DNA of 64,000 nt from Azolla caroliniana. Taxonomy: Eukaryota > Plantae > Polypodiophyta. Of this stretch, positions 51,450-62,204 are shown in pieces. Both the position numbers and the translations under genes were made by a program. The stretch is taken from NCBI GenBank assembly GCA_043228905.1, contig JBHGNT010000001.1:7254001-7318000 (forward strand), in the 5' to 3' direction. Position 1 is the stretch's first letter. Every line of letters starts with the position of its first letter. The notes under the pieces are model-generated. The model saw only the letters and a program-made list of their open reading frames with translations. It ran no database searches and was not told where the DNA came from.

Positions 51450-54400
51450 ATGGCCGGATCCTCATGGACAGAAATGTTCAAAACTGGACCTGCACGCCTG
51501 GAAGAGTCCACGCAAACCGACCAAACCCACGATGCTGGCCCACCTAACCCGACTCAGTACCACGGAGGGTGGCTAACTCCGGGGATACTACCAAACATGA
51601 ACCTCCCATCGAGGCCAGGACCTAAAGCACTGCTCAACACACCCCCACTACAGGAGAGCCCAATGGCAGACCCACTCAGTGTAGAACAACATATACGAGA
51701 CGCAGCGCAAGAGTTACGAGTGATAGAACACGAAATCAATCTATGGACGGTACAACTTGCGAAAGGAGGACAACCGGAAAGCACCACTCGAGATATCGAA
51801 GCTGCTTTGGCCGAAAGGAAGGATAGATTCACACGAGTGCAACAAAAACTTCACCACCTAGAAACATCATCACACATACACCGCTGAAGTCAGGAGCACA
51901 GCCCCGTACCGCGTTCGAGCACAACGGGCGATAGCCCGAACGAAACCCGCTCACAACGACACCCGTCACCACCATGCATGGGCAGAATCCCTACACCTGA
52001 CCAAGTTGCACCTACACCTCCAAACGCCGAACTCGCACTCGCGCTACAATCCATACAAACTCTTGTAGCATTGATGGAAAAAGAGCGAGCACCCATAGAC
52101 CATCCGAGAAACCTCACAAATGGCAGTGGGAAGAGTGCTTCCATTTCTAAACTAGTACCCCGTTTCCTCGGTTTCGGCGATGCCTATGACCATGTCGAGA
52201 GGTTCAAACAGATTTGCCGCGCTTACGAACCCCTCACAGAGATCACCAAGGTAGCTGCGTTTGGACTCACACTTGACGACGAAGCCGGCATCTGGTTTCG
52301 AACCTTGAATGAAGACATCGCCGCCGATTTCGAGTACGTCATCGAGGATTTCTTGATAAACTTCGCTCATCGAGGGAATAAATGGAACCCGATTGACCAA
52401 CTTTTTGCCCTCAAACAAGAAGCAAACGAAACGGTCAGGGACTACATACGTCGCACGAAAAGCTTGCATTATCGTTGTAGTCCGAACGACAAGATGTCAG
52501 ATGACAAGCTGATGAGCCGTTTCATTAATGGGTTGTTCGATACGACACTCCAAAATTTCCTGATTGCCCGGATGTGTCGATCGTTTACTGAAGCCTGCAC
52601 AGTAGTGATGACCTTTGAAGATTCGATGAGTGGATTACACATACCCACTCACGCACCCACGAACAACCGCGAGAAATCCTCCGACCCCACCCCTGCTCTA
52701 CCCACACCGCGAACACCCCGTATAGAAAGACCCCAAGCATACGCCCAACGAGAAAATGTAAGGTGCACAGTATGTCACGGACACCACATGGGACATGAGT
52801 GTCCTCTCCTTCATCAACGACGGCCGCAATACTGTAAGTGGTGCAAAGCTTTTGTAATGCATACGCAAGAGAACTGCTGGCAAGCCCCCACTGGAAGGTA
52901 CGGCCAAACGCCAATGGTGGAACACCCACGCTCCCCCCCAGCCCTTAGCCGCCCACCACTACCAGTGATACTCCCTCAACAACCCCCACTACCGCGCATC
53001 GGTGCCCGCCTCGCTGAACTGGAGTATACCACAGATAACCAAACCCAGGTCGGAACGAGTACCCCCGAATATGAAGACCTGTATAGGGAGTATGGCATTG
53101 AAGAAGAGGTGTTATCCCATTTCGTGGATTTTGAAGGTGACCAAATACCAGTGTACGTCCTGAGAGGGGAACAACGTGGACCCCCTATGGGATACCGCAA
53201 CAACAATGGTCTGAGGAGGTCAGAATTAAAATGCTTCAACTGCCAAGGCCCGCATATGGTTAGCGAGTGCCCAACCAAACATGAGTACTACAACCGGATG
53301 GCCCAACGACCACGACACCTCCCACTCGACACGCCCCCACAACCATTGGCGCAAGGGCCCACTCAACAGTCACAAGACCTCATCGAATGGTTCCAAAGAG
53401 AAGCATCATGCCCAGGGTGCGGTAAAGAACACCTAGTACCTGATTGCCCGGAAAAGAAGAAAAGGGTCGGCACAAATCTGTTGTCCATTGTGCCATCCAC
53501 GATTGGTGCCAATGTCATCACACGAGCCCAACGAGTAGCGCACAATTTAAAATACCAAGATCAAGGTCTCCCCGTGACCGCACGTAAGAGACGCAAATCT
53601 AGGAAGAATAATTCCACGCAGACCTCAAAACACGATCAAGAACCGGAGGGAGACACAGAAACATTACCCGTCAATCCGAATCAAGAACTATCGGCACACC
53701 TAGCGGCATACCCAAATCCAGTAGCCGAGAAACAAAAAGTAGAAGAATACATCAAACTCATACACCACGAACAGTTTGAAAAATCGCTTAGCCTCCCCAG
53801 CTTAAACTTCGAGCAACTAGAAGAATGGGTAAACCCCTCACCTCCCCCCTTCATCACACCAACCGACACTCCTGTTTGCCATCCTACCTCGATCAAAGAA
53901 GTCAACACAACTCTACTCCAACAAATCTTAAATTTAAGATTGCGACTCACATTACGCGAAGTGCAGAGCTACATTGGCACCTTCACCATTGACAACCCCC
54001 TGCTACGACCACTACTCGCCAAAGAAATAGAGTTCACACTCGAAGAACTACTCAAACTCGACGTTCAACCGTGGCATGACGTCCTCCGACGTCTCACTGG
54101 TGGCCTATCGGCGGGATACGATGAAGGGATACACACCTCCACTCCTCGCACGTCCACAGTCCTCAAACAACCCGAAGGACCGCCAGTCGATGTCCACGAA
54201 GCCCATTTCGAGAGCGACGACACTAGTTTCACTCTACCAGTCTGTGTCAATGGTAAGACGTGTGATGCCATCATCGACACCGGAGCAGGGGTAAGTATCG
54301 TAAGTTACAAATGTTGGCGCAAGTGGGGGAGCCCAAAAATGATGCCTTCCGGGGTCAAACTACGAATAGCAGACAGGTCCATCCAAAGACCGGAAGGCAT

Positions 54401-57200
54401 GATTCCTTCGCATCACTTCACTATACACGGAGTGGAGTTCAATCTCACCTTCGTCGTCACAAGATCGTCCAACCATGTAGCCTACGAGTGCTTACTAGGA
54501 AGACCATTCCTACGTATAAGCCGCCTGGTCATGGATTTTGGGAACGATATAATCTATATGCGAAAGGACAACAAAACCTTTCGCATCAAAGCGTACACAC
54601 AAAAAGTGCATGAACAAGAAGGCAACCCTCTCGTAGACGATTGGTCAGAGACCACTGAGTTCGAGACCAACCTCCTAGCGTGCAACCCCGCGAAGACAGT
54701 TCAACTCTTGACCAGAGGCCAACACTTTCCTCAAAGCCTCACCACTTCCAAAGAGGAGAACGCACGTGAGAGAGACGACCAATCCGTCACCTCCGAGACG
54801 TCAGAAATGAATTGGGTGCACGCTCTCGCCACAACCAATGCAATGTATCCTATAGGTACAAAGTGTTGCGACGAGAACGGAGAGACAATCTCGTGCTTCA
54901 CCGTCGCCACCCTAGGTCCCCGGCGAAAAGACGTAGACGTAAAGGACAAAGAACGGGCACAACGAGTCACACGTCCAGGTGACGTAACGACCACTCAAGA
55001 GGCGGTGACGGAAGCGGACTTCCCAGAGCATTTCAAACTCTATGAACAAGGGAGTAGGGCAGTGGCTTGTAAGAGACCGCAACGCAACCCCCAAGGCCTA
55101 GGAGAAGTCTACGATGGACCAGCAAGGGTGAAAGAAATCAACCTTGGGAAAGGGATAGACTCTAAACCGGTGTTCATAGCTACAGATCTCCAACCGGACG
55201 AGGAGGCGTCCTTGATCACTCTCCTCACGGAATTTAGCAACGTGTTTGCATGGTCGTACGTCGACATGAAGGGAGTGCCAGCCGAGGTCGTCACACATAG
55301 TATCCCCATGTGAGCCGACGCCCGCCCAATCCGGCAAAGGCCACGTCCAATGAATCCTAACTACGCCCAACAAGTGAAAGCCGAAATCAACAAAATGTTA
55401 GCCGCACGCATTATCTACCCAATCGAACGGACTACTTGGGTCTCCCCAATTGTGGTCGTCCCAAAGAAAAACGGTCAGATCCGCATATGTGTAGACTACC
55501 GCCAAGTTAACGAAGCCACTATCAAGGACAATTACCCGGTACCCTACATCGAACATTTACTCGAAAGAACCGCGGGAGCGGAAGCGTATAGCTTCATCGA
55601 CGAGTTCTCCGGGTACAACCAAATCTCGGTGGTCCCTGAGGATCAACACAAGACCGCTTTCGCCACGGAATTTGGTACGTTCGCGTATAAACAGATGCCT
55701 TTCGGACTCACGAGCGCCTTGAGCACCTACCAAAGAGCAGCAGACCATATCTTTGCCGCAAGGTTACGCCAAGGGGTGGAGTCTTATGTTGACGACTTAT
55801 GTTGCAATTCGAAATGGCATGACCACTTGGGGCTACTCCGTTTGACGTTCGAAAAATGCAGAACCTATCAACTCTCTCTCAACCCGCTCAAGTGTCAGTT
55901 CTGGGTCAAGCACGGAATAATATTAGAACACGTCGTGTCCCGCCACGGGATCTCGACCGACGAGGCAAAAGTAAAACTCATCCTCGACATGCCACCCCCC
56001 ACGAACGAGAAACAACTACAAGGGTTCATGGGATATGCGGGTTACTATAGACGCTTCATTAAGATGTTCGCGGACAAGGCTAGACCACTCTACTCCCTAT
56101 TAAAGCAGTTCGTATGGACAGAGGAATGCACACACTCCTTCAAACTCTTGAAAGAGTGCCTAACTAAGGCTCCCATCCTCCGGCCTCCCGACTGGGCCAA
56201 AGAATTCCACGTGCACACCGACGCTTCCGCCTTCGCGATTGGTGCAGTGCTAGCCCAACCCGGTGAAGGGGCACTCGACCTACCGGTCACCTTCGCTAGT
56301 CGCCAGCTAAATGCCGCGGAACGAAATTACTCCACGACGGAACGGGAGGCTTTGGCCATGGTCTACAGCGTAAAGAAATTCCGCCACTACCTATTGGCGT
56401 CCCGGTTCTTGTTTTTTGTAGACCATCAGGCCCTACTCTACTTAGTAAACAAAACTCATGCCACTAGACGCATCTCACGATGGATTATAACGTTACTCGA
56501 ATTCGACTTCAAGGTAGTAGTGAGAAAAGGGAAAGACCATGTACTCGCCGATCATTTCTCCTGAATTCCCAACAGAGAAGAAGCCACTGGGGTCGACGAT
56601 GAAACACCAGATGCAGCATTATTTGTGATCGATACAGTACCAGCATGGGCATCAGACATAGTTCGCGTCCTAACCGAAGGACCGTCCTTCCTAAAACAAC
56701 TACCACGAACACACGCGCGCCTTACTAAAGAAATGTGGCCCCTTCACGATGCTCCAAGGCAATCTGTACCGTCGGGGTAATGACAATCTACTTCGGAGGT
56801 GTATAACAGACCATGATGTCGTCACCACCCAAGAACAAGTTCATTGCGGGGGCGGAAGTGGTCATTTCAATCACGAGACCACTGCGCGCAAGATCCTTTA
56901 GTCTGGCCTATGGTGGCCAACACTCTTCAAAGACACATACGCGTACGTACGTCGCTGTGACGAGTGCCAACGTTTCAAACACCCGCTAAAAGCGGATTTT
57001 AATACGTTAAACTCGGTGGTGGCATGGCAACCATTCGAGAAATGGGGTATCGACTTTATCGGCCCAATCAGCCCAGCTTCCAACCTCAACCGATACATAA
57101 TAACCGCCACCGACTACGCCACCAAGTGGGTTGAAGCGAAAGCTTGCGTTAACGCCGACGCACGTAGTACTGCCAAATTCCTATATGAAAATGTCATTGT
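51450..57200 (+). pseudogene. gag-pol of the Athila-like element, with in-frame stops
   Basis: ORFs 51450-51887, 51978-55313 and 55350-56564 share one frame. Motifs LKQ..ETVRDY, AIIDTGAG, SYVDDL, HTDASAFAIG, GHF..CDECQ and KWGIDFIGP. Confidence 0.93.
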
Positions 57201-57616
57201 ACATTTGGCAAGTTTTAACCCTTTGTTGTTTGAGACCTCAACTATGGGTTTTTTCTCAATATGTTCAAAATGGATCAAATGATGAGATGGAGATATTGTT
57301 CCAATTTTTACGTTATTGGGGTCTACAACACAATTGGAATATGCGTAATGCTTTCATGTTTGATAATAGACATGGGGTGAAAGCCTATATAAAGAAGCGT
57401 AAAGGTATTCTCATGTGGAATTTTTGGATGTTAGAGCATGTGGGGATCATTTCCTCAAATGCATATTCAGATTTTTTAGTAGCATTACAGAACGTCCCTC
57501 TCCCTATATAGGCATATGATGGGTAGAGGAGACTAAGAAGTGTTGTAACTAAGTGGATTTTACATACAATTATATTAATTGTGTGCTTTTACCAAAGAGA
57601 GAGAGAGAGAGAGAGA

Positions 57617-57709
57617 GAGCCCAAATGGATGTAGCTTAGTCGGTAAGGTTGCCCAATGGAGACCAGGTGGTCATGGGTTCAACCCTTACATTCGACAGTG
57701 GCATCTAGT
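57617..57709 (+). mobile_element. tRNA-derived SINE-like element
   Basis: Box A TAGCTTAGTCGGTAAG and box B GGTTCAACCC. Homologous to 515-607 (reverse). No convincing intact cloverleaf. Confidence 0.65.
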
Positions 57710-57846
57710 GAATTAAGAGTATATGAACTATATAATAGAGAGGTGAGAAAATTGGGTTTCGAACCCATGATGCAATGCTTGTATAAGTGTTAATAACTTA
57801 TCACTAGGGTAAGGTAATTACGAAAGAGATAAAGATATATTAACGT

Positions 57847-58538
57847 TGTCGTGAAGAAAACCGTCCCCAGGCGCAAACCGTGTATAGCGTGTGTGAACCG
57901 GCCCTTACACGTGGGCACGTCCCTTGTTGTATAGTAGATAGGTAGGCACAAAGGTCGAATCCTAGGTAGCAATATTCTATAGGGAAAATCGAGGAGTATC
58001 TCTGTCCGAAAGGACAAAGAATTAATGTGATGTAAACGGGTGAGACGGCCTCCCTCCTTGAGCTATAAAGGAGAGGGAGACGGGGAGAGAAGGGATAGCG
58101 TGCTAGAGGGGACGAAGTGCTGTCGGACTAGGACCGAGCTCTTCTTCTCTGTCGTCCTCCATAGCTTTCTTTGGCGCAGGTTCTCGAGAGGCTGATTCTG
58201 CTCCGTGGAACGCCCGTGTGCTTCCGGCAGAATCTCCATCTCGCTCACCTATGTGCGTGGGTGATCAGGCGTCGGCATCCATCTCGCCGACCTGATCGGC
58301 TGTAACCGTTCGAGTCGTTTGCATACATACATTTATATACGTACTCTAGTGTTCCTATACTCTATTTCCTGCTCAACTCGTGTCTCCTGTGTTGTTGGGT
58401 CGTGTCCCCGTGCGCTTCTTTGTTTATACGTGTGTGACCGTCTCTCTTTCTCTCTCTCCCATTTTCTCACCTATTCCTCGGTCGAAGACCCCAGTGGTCC
58501 CGCCTTGTTCTCCACGCACACCGCGTAACAACGCGACA
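57847..58538 (+). mobile_element. Solo LTR related to 47076-48044
   Basis: Termini TGTCGTG..CGCGACA, CTATAAAGG at ~58063, shared 3' end AAGACCCC..GCCTT(G)TTCTCCACGCAC..CAACGCGACA. Flanks are ACGT and ACAT. Confidence 0.8.
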
Positions 58539-58599
58539 ACATCTTCTAAGGCCAAAATTGGCCCATGAGACAATTGGTTTACAATAAAAATGGGATATT

Positions 58600-59460
58600 T
58601 ACCCATTCATCGAAAGTAAAAGTAAAAATAGAGCTTAATCTAAATAGTTCTAGTAAAATAACAGACATGTTCTACAATGAAATGGTTTTATACTAGGCCT
58701 AGTTTCATTTCCATCCAAGTCTCTCAAAAAGAAGCGGAAGGTCAAAGGGTTTTGATGTGGATGTGGTCCGTGGTCCCAATGTAAAAGGCACCCCAACCAT
58801 AGCTTCTAGTCAGCGTAGCTCACGTTCCCTTATCTTCTTAATTGCTTCTACTCCACGTCGAGTTGTTTTGAAGCCCAACATCTGAGGGTGTTTAGTTATT
58901 CTTTGCATTTTTGCTTCCTCAAGAGAGAGGCCGAGTGGCGTAAGTGTATCCACATTCATCATCTCCCCGTGTTCCTGAAAAATTACACTAGTTACATGTT
59001 GATGAATATTAAAAGGGTTATGGTTAACACTTTGTGATTTATTCTCCCTATGTTGTTTTAGCTCTAAGATATACCTACCTAGTCTCTTTATATCCGGGGT
59101 ATCTAATAATTTGGAGAAGGTGGGAGAGGGTCCTAATATGTCTTGGTATTCCGGCCTTATCTCGGCATAAGTTGGACACTTGCATGTAAAGTGATACTCA
59201 TCCTCTACCTCTATGTGACATAACCTACATAGTCTTTCCTCTCTAGGGACGCTATTAGCTCGACCATTCTCAATCTCAAGTTGGTGAGATGATATCCTAA
59301 GTTGTCTAATGGCCACCCTTAGTGCATTTGATAAGAATGTATCTGGATATCTTGGCCGTGTAATAAAACCTAACTTAGAGAAGTGCAATAAGTGTTCCTT
59401 ATAGTACAACATTTTAGATGGGAGTGGCTCTCGTGGGGTAATCCATTTATATCAGGTGTA
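58600..59460 (-). mobile_element. 3' fragment of a non-L1 LINE ORF2 (C-terminal Cys/His domain)
   Basis: QLRISSHQLEIENGR..REERLCRLCHIEVEDEYHFTCKCPTY in ORF 58810-59412. Confidence 0.8.
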
Positions 59461-60124
59461 AATTTGCCATACTTCTTGGCATATTACTTTATTACGGTCT
59501 TTTAAAATTCTTTTAAACAAAATGGTGGATGATTGTATAATATTTATGGAAGATGATTCACCAACATACCATTCCATTAACAAAAAAGACAATCCCTATT
59601 TATTACTAGTGTGGTCTTTAGACACACAATGTCCAATGAATGTATGTTCACACACAAGATGTATGAGATTGATACCTTAAGTTTTAACCATTGTTTGATA
59701 ACTTAACAACAAGTCTATAATACAGTCTACCCAACGAGATTGATAACATACAAATGCGAGAAGCATGTTATAATAACATACTATTTTGCCTCAATGCACA
59801 CTTAATTGAAGGAGGCTAAGAATTTAGACAAATAAGAGCTCACATTTTCGGCTTGATCTTTTACAAGTGCTCACCAAGTTCTAGGCATACTTGTGAGTTA
59901 TGAGGTAGTGGTATGGGAGATGAGAGTAACCCCCCTCCCCCACCTCCTTCCGCCCCTTTGTGATGTGATAAGGATTTGCTATTGTGTGCAATTGAGAAAC
60001 TAGTAGAGGTTGCTACCACAGAAGTAGTGGTGATAACAAAGTTACCACTTAATAGTGGAAAACTACACTATTTATTACAAGGGTGGGATTAACACATGTT
60101 CCCTAATGAGTGTGCATTTACATA

Positions 60125-61337
60125 CGCATCGAGAAACCCCGTCTGCAACTACTGTCTGCTGCCGCCGTCGTCTGCAACTGCTGTCTGCTGCCGTCGTCGT
60201 CTGCAACCGCTGTCAGCCGCCGTCTGCTGCCGCTGCCGACTGTCGCCGTCCGCCGTCGTTAACGTTTGCCGCCGTCGCCGTCGCCGTCGGTTCTTGGCCA
60301 TCATCGACGAGATAAAAAAGGTTAAAGAAGAGGTTAAAAGTGATATGGAATTAGCTAAAACTGGGTGGGTTGATGTAGTAAAACGTAATATTAAAAAAGA
60401 ACTAAAGGATGAAAACATTGTAAACACTACCCTCGAGGAAGAAAAAATGCGTCAAGCTCGACGCCTAAATGTACGAGTTACTGGGCTCAAGGAAGGGGCA
60501 TCTCCGGATGAAGATGCACAAACATTAGGGAAAATGTTAGGGTACGAAGCCCTACCAATCACTAAAACCTGGAGGGTGTAGGGCGTGACACAACTAGGAA
60601 AAGAGCTTTAGTCCTTCAGTTTAAGGACTCAGAATCTAGAATCGCCTTTTTTAAAAAGAGACCAATTCTTCGAGGCTTGGGCGGGGAGCCTATCTACCTC
60701 GATGAAGACTTGACCAAGATGCAAATTGAGCATCGTAAAACTTGTATGCCGCGAGTCATACAAGCTCGTAAAGAGGGGCATCGTGCTTTCTACCGGGACG
60801 GACGTGTCATAATAAATGATCGTGCCGCCAATTGACGGCGTGTGGCCCATGTGACAGATAATAAACTTAGGATCACTTTATGGAACTGTAACGGCGCACT
60901 TTGGACACATCCTGGCCGTCTAGAGGAGATTTTGAAAGTATCTAATATACTTTTTGTAGTAGAAACACATCAAAGCCCAAATCGAGGACTGCCACGAGTT
61001 GACGGTTTTCGTTGGGAATCTGTCTTTAGACAAACCTCACGTCGACACACTACTAGAGGGTCTGGGGGGGTTGCGATATTATTTCGGAAAGAGATAAATA
61101 ATAGGATAGAAATACTAAAGTCAGACCCAGAAGCCCGTTTTATGTGGGTGAAAGTCCTCACTAGTAAGGATCAGGTGATATTTATCGCAGTTTGTTACTT
61201 CCCCCCGAAAGGGTCCCGCTACAATATGGCTGGAGAGGCGAGTATAGTGGATGAAGGAACGCCACATGGGCCTTCTCCATACGAACCTTTGTCGGATGAC
61301 ATAATCCGATATTCTTCTCAAGGGGAAGTCTTCCTGG
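60125..61337 (+). mobile_element. 5' part of a non-L1 LINE: GCC/GTC-rich leader, ORF1 and APE endonuclease, cut by the LTR at 61338
   Basis: ORF1 RRLNVRVTGLKE..(frameshift)..EPIYLDEDLT. ORF2 LWNCNG..VETH..GSGGVA..CYFPP..GEVFL, stopping just before the expected GDFN motif. Confidence 0.85.
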
Positions 61338-61757
61338 TGTTACTCTCTTAGCCGGACAAGGCCTAACACAAGGTGTCACGGAGACACTTCACCAAAGGGT
61401 GATTACGGCATAGGATTAAGATTCAACGATTACACCGACTTACGTAGGTTACACTATTAGATTGCTTTGGTTAATTACACGCGTAAGATATAACAGTGAT
61501 TACAGAACGGAAATCAAGACAGAAGTATAAACAACATAAGCTCTACTAATTATCCGTTGTCATTACAATAGGGTCCGGGCCTTTAAATAGGTTTCCGGCC
61601 CGTAGTACAAAACGGTGCCTCTCGCACCTATTCGGGATCCGTCCGGATCTGGAACGGCATACCGTTTCCAGTCCGTCCGTCCACACTATGCTTATCTACA
61701 ACCATATCTAATTAATTCCTTCACTCCGTAATTTGGACTCCTTGCCGGCCGGTAACA
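61338..61757. mobile_element. LTR of a probable Tat/Ogre-type element, orientation ambiguous
   Basis: Termini TGTTAC..GTAACA, inserted in the LINE endonuclease. TATA-like CCTATTTAAAGG on the - strand. tRNA-Arg-type TGGCACGCCCGTGGGAC at 61760-61776 on +. Confidence 0.8.
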
Positions 61758-61809
61758 CATGGCACGCCCGTGGGACAGTACCTTGTACGTCGAACCCTTC
61801 TCGGCCCCT

Positions 61810-62094
61810 TCATTGTTCACCCAAATTGTCCAAATTACTTTGTTCAAGAATTTCCACTTGTTCTTCCGGTTGTGGTTGTTGCGGCTGTGCTTGCTGCTGC
61901 TGCTGTGGTTGCGGTTGGGACTGAGGTTGCGCCGGCTGCTCTGCTTGCTGCTGCTGCTCCGTTTGCTTCGCTGACTCCGGCTGCTCCGTTTGTCTCTCTG
62001 GCTCCGGCATCTCCGTTTGACTGCTTCCGGTTCGGTCTCCTTCCAGTAACGGTTCCTCATCACTGAGGTTGACCGTAACTGGTGTTGTAGGCAA
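61810..62094 (-). other. C-terminal end of a Gln/Pro/Glu-rich ORF inside the LTR element, cut by the Copia insertion
   Basis: Open frame ..EPERQTEQPESAKQTEQQQQAEQPAQPQSQPQP..EQ* ending ~50 bp from the LTR. Confidence 0.5.
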
Positions 62095-62167
62095 TGTCGT
62101 CAGTGCGGAAGATCAAGAAGCACTCGATTCCTGTTTATTCCCTGCGTATGACAGAGTCATAGATCGT

Positions 62168-62204
<37 letters not shown>

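Larger units (their letters stand above)
50056..57200 (+). mobile_element. Athila-like Ty3/gypsy element, 3'-truncated inside integrase
   Basis: 5' LTR, primer-binding site, repeat-rich leader and gag-PR-RT-RH-IN. Similarity ends after KFLYENVI. Confidence 0.92.

Noticed and set aside
57629-57700. Functional tRNA gene
   Set aside because: Boxes A and B are present but the stems do not pair convincingly, and similarity to 515-607 extends past the tRNA-like part.
47076-58538. The two related LTRs as the ends of one 11-kb element
   Set aside because: They differ greatly in length and sequence, each has its own flanking duplication, and neither has an adjacent primer site or purine tract.
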